Shown here: positions 1 through 11,859 of the stretch, one piece after another
How the letters are laid out: the number at the start of each line of letters is the position of its first letter
How positions within the stretch are numbered: the stretch's first letter is position 1
Assembly (NCBI GenBank): GCA_965202585.1
Contig: OZ241830.1
Span: 73,904,001 to 73,968,000, forward strand
DNA: 64,000 nucleotides
Source: Thalia democratica
Lineage: Eukaryota
Reading direction: 5' to 3'
Program-made: the position numbers and the translations under genes
Notes under the pieces: model-generated
Seen by the model: the letters and a program-made list of their open reading frames with translations, nothing else
What the model was told of the DNA's origin: nothing
The model's database searches: none

Positions 1-1499
1 TGTTTAAGATATTATCTATTAAATTAGAAATTAATTGTTACTTGCTAATTAAAAATTTGAATGCGTAATACAAACCTAAACAGCTTAAATTTAAAGACTA
101 CACATTGGAATCAGGTCTTAATATTATTATTAATATAGCAGAATATTATAAACAATAGATTAACAATTAAAAAAACAAATACATTATACAAAAACTGAAA
201 TACTTTATGATTAAGAATGGTGAAAAGTTCAATATTTCTTTCTTTAATATTAGATATAATTATACTTCAAAATATCAATAAAGCTTTTATATATAACATT
301 ATTGCTTAAAGTACTTTTAAAACCATGTCATCAAGCAAGTAAATGTTTTTTAAACAACATATTACTTGCTGACAACAGTATTCAAGCAACAATGATCAAT
401 TGAGAATAAAAGCTTTGTTGATTTTTGTAGTATAACTTTTTATACAGTGTATGATACAGACAAAAGTACACAAATAACAATTTACATACTAGGGTAGTTC
501 AATAAATTTAAACTATAATATTGTTACTATTTTTTAATAGTGAAACATTAAGCTTCTAAACGTTATTATCTCTTTAACTTACCTTAACTATTTAGTAACC
601 TTAATAGTATTACTAAAAGTTGTGTCTGGTTTTATGAAAAAAAAAACTAGTTACAAATATTCATTGAACATAAAGCCAGTAAAATATACAGTTAAACTTA
701 AACATGACAATAAAACTTAGTCAAACTAGTTTTTAAAGTTTAGTGTTTTGGAGAGAGTTAAGAATAGGAAACTGTTCCAAATTTTAGCTTCCTCTTACTT
801 GTTTTTTTTTGTATATGTGTCATTCACTAGATTTCAATCTTGCAGTAATCAGCTTAGAGAATTCTAAAAACCCCAATTAGGACTATTTTGCTAATCAGGT
901 CACAACTTGTTGAAAATATACTTTTTAAAGTTCTTAGTCTTACATATAATTTATTTTTTTTGTGTACTCTGATAATAGCAAGACTTTGGGTTTTAGTGTA
1001 AGTTTTTGGTGGATTTTGTTATTAAAAATGAGTTGCCAAGACAGTAGACTTCCAACAACTTCTTTGGTTACTTTTGTAGAAAGGGCAACAAAAAACAGGA
1101 AATATATTTTAATTCCTAATTATGAAATGAAGTGGTAGACTTAAGTTTAATTTTTCAAATTGGTAGTTAGTTTTAGAAATGAAAAGCTTTTAAGTTAAAA
1201 ACTATTATTGTATTCTCTAAGTGTTATTAATATTTTCAATGTTTAAAACTTCAATATTTTTTATGTAAAACTGTAAAACATATTAGTTCATTAATAGATA
1301 CATAAATAAATTCATTTATACTGCTTGTAAGCATTAAAGTTTTTTTTTCTAATGAACAAATCAAATTGGAGTGCTTGGGATTAGTGAGCTTCTAAGCTTT
1401 AACAATTGAAATGAGTTACCATAAGCTTCTAAATGTATTTTCTCTTTCGCACTAAACAGCTTTTTAACACTTAAACAAATGTCAGCACGTAAAAAGCTT

Positions 1500-1680
1500 T
1501 TTGTTTTAATTGTTGTGATTTTTGCTTTCAGACTAAAATGTTGAGTATAATCTTAAATGCTTTACAAAGCAAAACGTTTTTTAAAAGTCTGAATACTATT
1601 AATAGTAGTTTTGATGCTTAATTTAGTATTTTTTGTTACAATAAACTCGCATGGTGTTTTATAAATATAAAAGAAAAGAA
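1500..1680 (+). repeat. Old dispersed repeat; inverted partner at ~10500-10690
   Basis: Shared tagtagttt.gatgct.a.ttta and ctcgc.tggtgttttat..atataaaa blocks. Confidence 0.6.
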
Positions 1681-3020
1681 TGAAAAATTACAGTTTACAA
1701 TTATTAGCTATTGTATAAACAATATATTTTAAAGTCTTTATTTTATATATCAGTGGTGCTTCAATAGCATCTGGGAGTTTGTGTGCTCCGGAGTCCTGAG
1801 GTCTTTGAAAAACTCTGTCATTTTATAACTAATAATTAAATTTTTTATTTTCAACTCAAATTTCACTTAATATGACTGTCTTTTGTTTTATTTATCAAGT
1901 TAATTAAGAATTAGTCTTAAAGATAAAATTTTCACAAATAAAGACGTTAAAATATATCTATTTTTAAAACTTGTTTGTTTTTTTTGAATTTATATGTAAG
2001 ATTAAATATATACTTATTAGAAGGTTTTTAAAAACTTTTTTAAATATGTGTTTAAAGTAACACAATTCAAAAATATAAAAACAAAAAATTTCTTACAACC
2101 GACTAAAATCAATTTAATAAAAAAACTAAGGACCAAAAAAAAACTAAATGCTTACAAAGCGTAATTGAATATAGAGTATTATTAGGTTTAAATTTCTGTA
2201 AAAAAAACTTAAGGTTTTTTAGAGAAGTAATGAAATTATATACGTGACAAATTGAAGTTTATTCAAGTTACAAAAAATTTGAAATTTGAAACCATCAGGA
2301 TTCTTAACGTAAAAAAGGTTATACCAAAGTGAAATACAATCATATTAACATTTTAGTTTCAATTAGAAACATAAAAAATATTTCAGTTGTAAATTTAACA
2401 AAAATCCAAAAATTCGAAAATTTTAACAAAGCCTTAAAACTTTGTTATTAAAGTATATAAAGCTCTAACCTACTTAACTTTATATAAACAAAAGTTTAAA
2501 TAACGAAGCTACATAAACCAATAGAAAAAACTGTCTAGAAAAGGATGCAAGAACTGCCAAGAGAGTTAGTTTTAATATCAGCAAACTACTCTGGAGGTTG
2601 GTTTTAATTTGGTTTCCGAAGACGAACTATCTTAGATGTTCAAAGTTTGGAGAGAATTTTTTCATCAAATTTTTTCACATTTTGATACTTGTAAGGTTAT
2701 GAACTTTCAAAGAGTCTGATATCTTTTCTGGCGATAGGTCTATTAATAGCTTGGAACCGCTACCATTGTTAATGCTATGTTTGGTAAAGTAGTTTTCTTT
2801 GGTTAAACTATTTAATAATCAAAACCGAATGAACGACAACTCAAATTTTAGTATTTATGAGTTATTGTTAATTATTTTTTTAAAAGAAAAAAAAACTTAA
2901 AAGTTTACCATTATAATTTTATTGAGTAGACCTACAAAAGCTTTTTTACTAATTAAATATACATACTATCTTTTGAAATATGGCTGAAATAAGTTTTAAA
3001 GTTTAATAACTTTTAATAAC

Positions 3021-3106
3021 TACGACTCGATAACCGAAAAGTTCCTTTCTACACCAGGTCTTTAGACCAAACTTTTTGAGCGCTTTTTTTATTGTTCAAA
3101 AAAAAA
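3021..3106 (+). mobile_element. ~120-nt SINE-like repeat, copy 1 (5'-truncated)
   Basis: cgactcgataaccgaaa..acaccaggtc..gaccaa..tgagcgctttttt..gttcaa. Confidence 0.75.
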
Positions 3107-4540
3107 GTATAACTATTAATTTACTGTTTTTATAAGGGTGGTTGTTCGGGTTTTTTACCATTATAGTCGCAATTTTAAGACCTACAAGGCGTTTTTAACT
3201 TTTCTAAACAAATTAAACTTTTGAGATAAAACCCCTTAAACTTGTTTGGAAGAACTTGAATTGTCATGTAACCTCATAACCAACCGTTTTACTTACTAAC
3301 CAATCATTAGTCATAGTCTTTACCTTATCAACATTGTACATTTTCGCTAACAAATAAACTTACTTATTTTTAAATTTAGAAACATAAGTAGAGAGAAAAT
3401 ACTTATATTTACTACTAATTTTGATCGAAAAATATTGTGCGTTATGAAAATGTTGAACAAAAAATCTAGTTTTTATGAAAATTATGGTAACGAAAACATA
3501 TAGTGCTATTTTTTGAGCTATTTTTTGTATTTGAACTTTTTGTTGTGATGTGGAGATTGAAAGCATACTGTTTGTATAACTTAAAAGATAGTAATTAGCA
3601 AATAGACTAACTATAAATAGAATCTTTACAGTAATATGTTTAATTTGAAATCAAAAACAATCGACGTTTATTCTTACAATAAAACATGTAAGTATATAAC
3701 TAATATTAAAAATTTATATCTATTTTATCGTGTGGCAAAGAAAAATATTGGTTTAGGAAAAATTCTAAACATGTTAGTTCAAACTAATTAACTAAAACAC
3801 AAGAAAGTTAAATAGACTATTTTCGATAATATTTATAATTTTTTACAATTTTTAGTTGTAAGTGTCATTTTTCGTGTTTTCGTTTTTTAACTATTCATGA
3901 ATATCAAAAATTTTAAACAATGAAAAAATCTTAAGACTCTTTTTAAGCTTAAAATAATAAACTAATTATTTTAAAGTTGATTTACTTTAAAAAAATATTC
4001 CAATACACTTCAAAAGTTCTTTGGTAAGCACACTTGATATTTATTTGAAAAAAAATTTTTACTAAATTATAAAAAAAAATGTCGAGTTGAAGCTTAAAAA
4101 CACTGTCTATTGTTAATTATTTCATTATAACTTTTTATTTACAAATAAGTATTAAACTAAAATAAGTATAAACTTTCGTAGTATGAAGAAAACTAAGTTC
4201 TTAAGAATTGTTAAACTTATTTTTAAATTAAAAAAGGTTATTAGAATCTAACAGACCAAAATGAGTTTTAAGAAAAAAACCTATTTTTTAACATAAAAAC
4301 AGTAAATAACTAAAACAACTTGGCCGATTTTTTTTTAAACAAAGTTGACTGTAGGAACCCACAAAGTGTTATTTTATACACCAACTATTTCTCTTTAGTG
4401 TTGAGGTGACTACGGCTTGCGTAAGTTCATTATTTTTACTACAAATAGACACAAGCGCAAAATTTGTTTCTTACTTTAACATTAAATAGAAACTTTGATC
4501 AACTTGTTTTATTTTTTTTTTAAAGAAGATGCATGCACAG

Positions 4541-4600
4541 CAGTGGCGTAGCGGGGTACATTGGTTAGGGGTGCAAAATTTATTCTCAAAAAATCCCTAG
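4541..4600 (+). mobile_element. Single hAT-like terminus (CAGTGGCGTAGC)
   Basis: cagtggcgtagcggggtac..aggggtgcaaaa; no matching inverted end found. Confidence 0.4.
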
Positions 4601-5763
4601 TTTAAGACTGTTGTAATTAGCTATAAAAAGATTTTTTAAGTAATACAATTGAATGATTTTTCTCATTTATTACTTTTAAATGATTATAACTACAATATAA
4701 AAAAAAAATAAATATATGTTAAAACTAGTTTGTACTTCTTTTAAAATTTCAACTTAGTGGTTTTACAAGTAGATGCAAGCACAGTATAGTAAAAAAAATA
4801 ATTTGATAACTGAAAGTGAAAGGTCTATAAAGTCCTCAAAAGGTTTATACATCAGATCCTTTGACTGCACTAATATGGGTCGGTTTCCTTATTTTGATAT
4901 AAATATCATATTTAACAACATAATCTTTAGTGCTAGTTGATAAAACTTGAATAATAAATATTTTAACCATTAAAAAGTGTATAATCAATAAAATTGAAAT
5001 TAAAAAGAATTTTTAAGAAGTAAACAATAATTATAACTTTAAGTTAGCTTCAACGTTTTTTGATTGAGACTTTTTTCAGTGTTATAGTTGTTTTACAACT
5101 TACTTAAAACACTTGATAGCCTAAAATCATTTAAAAATTTTTGTTTTTTAACTTCATAAACACTTTTAATTTTGTAAATGTATTGACTATTTAAAATGTA
5201 TTGTCTTTTATTATCAATGGCATTAAAAGAATTAATTTTATTGTAAGTTTTAAGCACTTTATCATAACTAGAAATAAGTTTTAAATACATTACTGTAGGC
5301 ACTACTTTTATCTTCTTTTATTATTCTTTAAAAGTTTATCTAAAACTTAAACCGTGCATGATAAGTTTAATAGAGAACAAGTAAAATTTAGTGTATGTGT
5401 ATCAATCTTTTAAAAGACTGTTAAACAAAACATATATCGGATCTGGCCTTGTGTTACAAGATATGGACTTGGCTCAGTCTTGATTTCAAAATGTCTGGTT
5501 TCGGCTGGAGCCTACTCAGGTATCCTTACAGTATTTGTTTTTTTTATAAGACCCAGTTGAAGTGTGGTAATTCGTTAACACAAAGAAACATATGTCGGTA
5601 TAATAAAAGAAGGATACTGTTTAATTTGTTTTTGTTATATATTCTAGTGAACTTGTAAAACTAGGATCTTTTGTTAACAAACACTTAAATTTATACTTTG
5701 AATAGTTATATTATAATATGAAAATTCAGCAAAAAAATGTATTTATTACGAATATGTTAAAAT

Positions 5764-5960
5764 AATTATCATACGAGGTCTTTAGAAACAAATACTTTTC
5801 TACCTAGATTCAACAGCAAAATAGGTCATAAATCTCTATCCTACCAAGGAAGTAAGTTATGGATTAAGCTACCATTATGTTTAAAAATATTAGTAATTTT
5901 GGAAAGTTCCAGGATGAACTTTTAAGTTATCTTTTAAATAGTGATTCTCAAGGTCATTAG
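5764..5960 (+). mobile_element. 3' end of a CR1/L2-group LINE ORF2 (degenerate)
   Basis: Translates NYHTRSLETNTFLPRFNSKIGHKSLSYQGSKLWIKLPLCLK, then after a frameshift in an A-run NISNFGKFQDELLSYLLNS. This matches the H.YxTR..G..S..Y.G.KLWN.LP..K..F...L..YLL C-terminus of these LINEs. Confidence 0.7.
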
Positions 5961-7033
5961 TGATCATTCCTACTCGCCTGTTTACTTTATTTAAGGAGTT
6001 AATAGTATTTGTCGTTTATTGTCCAAAATTTTATTTACTTTCTTATGTTTTTTTTTTTGTTCGAAAGTTGGTTTGTTTGGACACATTAAGATTGGTCTTA
6101 GCATTTTCTATCTAGTTATATTTTAAGATTATTCTTTGAGATTACTATTTTGAATTAAGTTCAGAATACTTAAAAACTTTTTTCTTTTGATATGCTTACA
6201 GTTTTTTTTTTCGTTTTTAGTATACAAATGTAAAAAAGTAGTTATATATGTTTCTACTTTAGCAGAAAATAAAGTATTTAGATGGTAAGTTAAAATAACT
6301 CTTCCATGCAAACTTAAGTTTTTTTTTGTTTTTTTGTAGAATTTAAAGAAAAAATTCTTCTTTTTATGTTTGAAAATTTTGCTTGCTTTCTAATATTACA
6401 GTTTTAGACTTGGACAAGAATTCAAAAATAAAGAAAAAAAAATTAAAATAGAAGGAAACCTGTTGTTGTTAATATAATTATTATTAAAATTATTATAGTT
6501 TTTTTTATATTTTTTCTAATTAAAAGCATAAATTTTACAGTATTTATCTTCATATTTTATAAAAGCTAAGTTCAGTTATTGTAAAAATCGCTTCTTTAAC
6601 ATTCTTAAAAAAAAATTTACAATAGTTCATTTGATACTCATATGTAAAATTGTTTTTACTGTTCAAGTTAAATTATAAAACAAAAGTTACCTTTTTAACA
6701 AAAACATTAAAAAAAAAAATTTGTAAAAAATTTAAGTGTATTACATTTTACTTTCTTAAAAGAAGTTGTAAACTATAATTCAAGTATTCACACGTTTTTT
6801 ATTAGTGTTGTTTATCTACTTTTAAAAGGTAATTTAAAGTTGTATACATATTTTTTTAGTAAATATGTTACTAAACAAGATTCATAATATATTTTTTAAC
6901 ACAAAATTCAGTTAATTTTCGTTTAGTTTTATTTTCTTTCATTTTTCTTTTCGTTTAATTGATTGTTTACTACTAAAGATTTAAATTATAAAAAAAACTA
7001 TGTATAATAGCTCGTAAGAAACTTTAGAAGCAT

Positions 7034-7145
7034 GTGGTGTACGACTCGATAACCGAAAGGTTCCTTTTTAAACCAGGTCCTTAGACCAAATTTTTTGAGC
7101 GTTTTTTTATCGTTCAATAAACAATATATATATATATATATATAT
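7034..7145 (+). mobile_element. SINE-like repeat, copy 2, with (TA)n tail
   Basis: gtggtgtacgactcgataaccgaaaggtt..ccaggtccttagacc..cgttcaataaacaa(ta)n. Confidence 0.8.
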
Positions 7146-7555
7146 GAAGAACTTTTGAAGTTGTATTTGTATGTTTATTTAGAAGTAGGTTTATCTAATA
7201 TTACTAAACTTATTATTACAAATTTATAAAATTTAATTTTTTTTTGTTCAATAATCAAGTCTTTTATGAAGAACTACTGCATGTAATAATATAAACTTTA
7301 ACAAATTTAGTCTATAGAACACTCTTGTACTTTGCTTTCTAAATTTAAATCACATATGTTTATATTTTTAAAACTTAATAAGATTGAAAAATATTGTTCT
7401 TTGCTTCGCAATAAGTGATGCAGATGTTTAAGGTTATTTGTATACCACATCTAATATTTGAAAAATAAACGTCAACAGTCATAAATTTTATTTTAATTTA
7501 GCTAAGACTACTGTAGTTATTCTGTTTTTAATAAGTCTACTGGCTAAAATTAATT

Positions 7556-7676
7556 ATTGTTTATTGAACAACAAAAAAAGCGCTCAAAATGTTTGACCAT
7601 AGGACCTAGTGTGCAAAAACCTTTCGGTTATCTAGTCGCACATCACTTGGATACCTATTAACATTTTGTCCAGGAC
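7556..7676 (-). mobile_element. SINE-like repeat, copy 3 (full length)
   Basis: Reverse complement runs from gtcctggac to gttcaataaacaat. Confidence 0.8.
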
Positions 7677-9330
7677 AGTCTAATAACTAACTTTGAAGTA
7701 ATCTTAACAGCATTCTTTCAATCTTTACTTTACAATAAAAGTTTTACTTCTCCAGCAGTTGAGATCTCTCTATTTGTTTTCTTAAAACCAAAACATATGT
7801 TAAAAAGTTTTAGTACAAAAACTTGCTCTGTCTGAACGTTTGTGTTACCATGATTTCCAAAAAAAATTAATTACTCATTCAACGTTTTCATAACGTTATT
7901 CTTCGAATGAATCAAAGTAGTAAAGATGGGTGTTTTTCTCTACTTGTACTTCTTAACTAAAGTTCGGTTTATTTATTTGTTAATGAAAATAGACAATGTT
8001 GGTAGAGCAAAGATTGGTTGGTGTAGCGAAAACGGTAGGTTATGGTTACATCGTAATTCAAATTCCTAAAAAGTTGTTCAAGGAGTCTCAACTAAAAAGT
8101 AATATACATCTTTCTTAAAAAAGAAATGCCGTTGAGATTTAAATATTAAGATTGTAATGGGAACAAAAACATTTTTTTAATAAAAGTAAAAAACTATAAA
8201 ATACTATAGTTTAGTAAGTTTTGAAACATATACTTGCGATAACTCAAAAAATAATTTTAATTTTTAATAAGAAAAACGATTTTGTAGGTCTAAAAAATAA
8301 GACTGTGATGGTAATTTTTTTCTATTATAAAAGATTGTTAATATCTCAGAACTCAAATAGCCGTGCACCGGTTTTAATTATTTGTACTAATAGTGTTAGC
8401 AGTTCAAGTTTTTAATATACCGTTTTAACAGAAACAATATCATATTTTATGGCAGTTTATAACCTTTTGAAAGTATTAAAAAACACAGAAATTTTTAGTA
8501 ATCATCCTCTTTAAATTTCAACATGAAAGATAATTCATTTTCAGATACCAATATAAAACTAACCTATAAGTTTGTTGAATTCTAAACTAAATCCATTGGG
8601 AGTTTTTTGCATCATTTTCTAAAAATATGTTTTATTCATAAATGTATGTAATTTCTTTGTTTTTATATATTTTTAGTTTAAAATTGAGTAAGTTAAAAAT
8701 GTATAAAAATGAATATTACAACTTCGTATTAAGTTGATTTAAGTCTGTGGTGAGTAATTAAACATTTTGACTATTTTATAAATTTAATGGCAAGATATTT
8801 TTTTATGATTTTAACTAAAGCTACAATTTTTATTTTAAATTTGTTTTTTTCGATTAAGACTTTTGTACCTTAACGATCCTAATGGCTTTAAATCTTGATA
8901 TTTTTGTTAATTAAACAAACTTAACAATTTTAAAAGTATAAGTTTGTTCTATTTATATTACAGAATATTTGTTTACTTAAGTATTTTACTTATCTAATAA
9001 AAATAAAACTTAGTTACTTTTATTGAACTTACATACTAATGCTCTTTATTTTATTATACTTTATAAACACTTTCAAATATTGTGATTCTAGCAAATGACT
9101 TTCAGTCAATCAAACTTCACTGAGCAATTTTTTGTTTTTTATTCTTTTTGTAAAAATTACTTTATTTAACGTACATATATACAACCAAGTTTTTAAATCT
9201 GTTCTTATAAATAAATAAATATATATATATATATAGAATTAAGTTATTTAACTTAATAAATTAGATTTTTCACACTGAGCCCACCTTGAGGGCTTTATTA
9301 TTAAAAAGGTTTATTTAAAGATGAAAAACT

Positions 9331-9371
9331 CAAAGGACTCGAGTTTCGTGACTATTCACTCATCAGCTTCA
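9331..9371 (-). ncRNA. Minimal type I hammerhead ribozyme HH1 (GUC)
   Basis: Reverse complement reads uugaag-CUGAUGA-GUGA(auag)UCAC-GAAA-C(UCGA)G-UC-cuuuga: complete core, 4-bp stem II, palindromic stem III loop, stem I with G-U pairs. Confidence 0.85.
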
Positions 9372-9654
9372 AAACAAGTTTAAAATAAAGCACAAAACAA
9401 AATCACGAATGAAAGTTAAAATTTTTTTGCATAAATAGATTATGACGTAATTTTGAAACTATCAAAAATCATGCAAAACGGCTGGTGCAAAAATTAATTC
9501 GCCAATCGACAATAAACTAGCAAAAGTTCATATAACTTCAGTGAGTTACTATTTATTAGGAGAGATAATTGTAAGAGATAAAGATAAAATTAAGATGCAA
9601 ATTGAAATTTAGGTTATATTAAGATGAAATTAAAACTTGTTAAACTTTAAAATT

Positions 9655-9697
9655 ATGAGCTGATGAGTGAATAGTCACGAAACTCGAGTCCTTTGAG
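9655..9697 (+). ncRNA. Minimal type I hammerhead ribozyme HH2 (GUC)
   Basis: gag-CUGAUGA(9660-66)-GUGA auag UCAC-GAAA(9679-82)-CUCGAG-UC(9689-90)-cuu. Core identical to HH1; stem I only ~3 bp. Confidence 0.8.
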
Positions 9698-9786
9698 TTT
9701 TGTATCTTTAAATAAACCGTTTTAATATATATATAATTATTATATAGTATTATATATAATTTATTGAAATGGCGATTTTAAAATTT

Positions 9787-9843
9787 CTGGTACATATGTT
9801 TCATAAAGCTTTAATTTTTCATAAAGCTTTAATCATCAGCCAG
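9787..9843 (-). ncRNA. Hammerhead-like motif HH3 (GUA), variant stem II
   Basis: Reverse complement reads cugg-CUGAUGA-u-uaaagcuuu(augaaaaauu)aaagcuuua-u-GAAA-C(AUAU)G-UA-ccag: 4-bp stem I, 9-bp stem II closed by a U.U mismatch. Confidence 0.65.
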
Positions 9844-9983
9844 TTAAATTCAAAACAAAAAGCACTGTACTAAACAAAGATACAAAAGTTATGCAAAAAA
9901 AACAAAAAACAGTATGACGTAATATTGTACATTACAAACTTTTGTATCTTTGTTTAGTTCAGTGCTTTTTGTTTTGAATTTAA

Positions 9984-10040
9984 CTGGCTGATGATTAAAG
10001 CTTTATGAAAAATTAAAGCCTTATGAAACATATGTACCAG
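9984..10040 (+). ncRNA. Hammerhead-like motif HH4 (GUA), variant stem II
   Basis: ctgg-CTGATGA(9988-94)-ttaaagctttatgaaaaattaaagccttat-GAAA(10025-28)-CATATG-TA-ccag; inverted copy of HH3. Confidence 0.65.
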
Positions 10041-10126
10041 AAATTTTAAAATCGCCATTTCAATAAATTATTTAAAAGCCCTCCAATTGGGCTCAGTAGA
10101 AGGTGTTTAAGTTTGAACATTAACCT

Positions 10127-10171
<45 letters not shown>

Positions 10172-11859
10172 TTATATCACATAGAAATTTAAATAACAAG
10201 TTGAGTTCATAAAAACTTAAAGAAACAAGTACCTTTACAATAGATGCTATTTTCATTTTCTAATTGTTAAAACATCATCTTTAAATAGTAGTAAATAATT
10301 CATTTTATAAATAAAACAAGGGTTAACTATAACAAAGGAAGTTTTATTCAAAATAACATTCTTAAATACCGATAAAAAATTTCTAATTTTTTTTTACGTT
10401 AGGAGCTCACACTACTGAAGTCAGAGAACCACTACTGATATACATACGTAATAAAAACTATAGAATATTTTTTAAAAGACTAACAAACGTACTAAGTATT
10501 TATTTTATATCAATAAAACACCACGCGAGCTTTTAATAGCAAAAAATAAAATTAAACTTAGCATCTAAACTACTAAAAATGGAATTCATATGCTTTGAAA
10601 ACTTTTTGCATTGAAAAGCGGTTAAGAAAATCAGTAGAGTAAAATAAAACATTTAAAACTGAAAATAAAAAGAAAACAGAGCATTGTGAAAATTAAAATT
10701 TTTTTAGAACTTAGTAAAAAGTCTGACAAAAAAAAAAGTAAATATTTTAATTACATCGAAATTAGTAGTAAAAACTTAACGTTAACAAAAATGCTTTTAA
10801 ATAATAAAGTACATAACCTTTATGCGTTCAAATTAATAAAACTAAGAATTAATAAAACTTATACATTATAAAAAACTCACCTTTAATTGTATCCACATAT
10901 ATGAATATCCGTATAATTAACATATTTTACATTATAATAATATAATATTTAAAAACATAATACTTCGAAAGAACTCAAATTAAAGAAAAAAGGGCAGCAT
11001 TATTTTCCTTATTATCTACTAAAACGAAACTTGCCCCCCTGTTATTGAATTATAAACTGAATAGAAGCTAAATAATATCGGCAAGCAATATTATTGAACA
11101 CTAATTTTAAAACATAAATCTAAGAAAATGTTATAACAACAACAAAATGAAAACCTTCAGAGCATAAAAAATATAAAAATTTTTTATTTTTAGTTTAACT
11201 TATTTGAGTTTTAAAGACAAGTTATGGAATGAATAAAAGACTAGGTTTTACTCAATTCTAAGAAAATAGCTGTGGTTTTTAATAAAATAACTTTTCTGTA
11301 TAGTTGATAAAAATTTTAACAATAGAAAATTTGATAACTCACTAACTGTAAATAATATATATAAAGTATCATTTTTAAAGAATAAAAAAAGTTATCGAAA
11401 TAAGTCTTTAAATATCAAACAAAAAAATCTTAAGTTTTTCAACTTCCATATGGTATTTCAGAATTTAGAAAACAAAATCAAAATAACAAAAAAACAACGA
11501 CATTTAGCGACATCTTGAAAAAAATATCAGAGTAAAAGTAGTCGGGCATTGAGTCCTAAAAATTTAGAAAAGCAAATCTAGAGAAGCAAATGTTTGTTTT
11601 GTTTATAACACTTTATTCAACTAATGAAATTTCGCTGCCCGCAAAATATAAACAGCTCAACGGAGTCTAAAAATTTATAAACTCAATTTTAAAACTCTGT
11701 ATAAATGTTAATATTTATTGTTAATGCAGAGAAACGTCTTTAGTTGAATTAAACACTCGGTTACGAACACACTGGTTTTGACTTTCCAAAGGGATTTTGT
11801 TTTCCGATCTCTAAGACTTTTTACAACAAACGAATAACAAAATACAATTTTCATTGAAA

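Larger units (their letters stand above)
9219..10168. mobile_element. Composite of hammerhead-bearing inverted repeats (Penelope-like pLTR / retrozyme-like, non-autonomous) within (TA)n
   Basis: Inverted repeats ~9300-9375/9655-9725 and ~9760-9890/9938-10070; outer inverted 24-nt motif 9274-9297/10074-10097; (TA)n at 9219-9235 and ~10129-10168; TA-rich centre 9726-9760. No RT ORF seen. Confidence 0.65.

Noticed and set aside
2286-2300. 15-nt match tttgaaaccatcagg to 32326 (IPDGFK exon)
   Set aside because: Flanks do not align; plausible by chance in AT-rich DNA.
2520-2860. Minus-strand broken frames (LLIDLSPEKISDSLK..NVKKFDEKILSKL..)
   Set aside because: May be a decayed retroelement ORF, but has multiple stops and no motif I can name.
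7034-7124. SINE-like repeat read as an intact tRNA, snRNA or HDV/twister ribozyme
   Set aside because: No cloverleaf or B box, no U-snRNA 5' motifs and no HDV/twister core; only short local resemblances.
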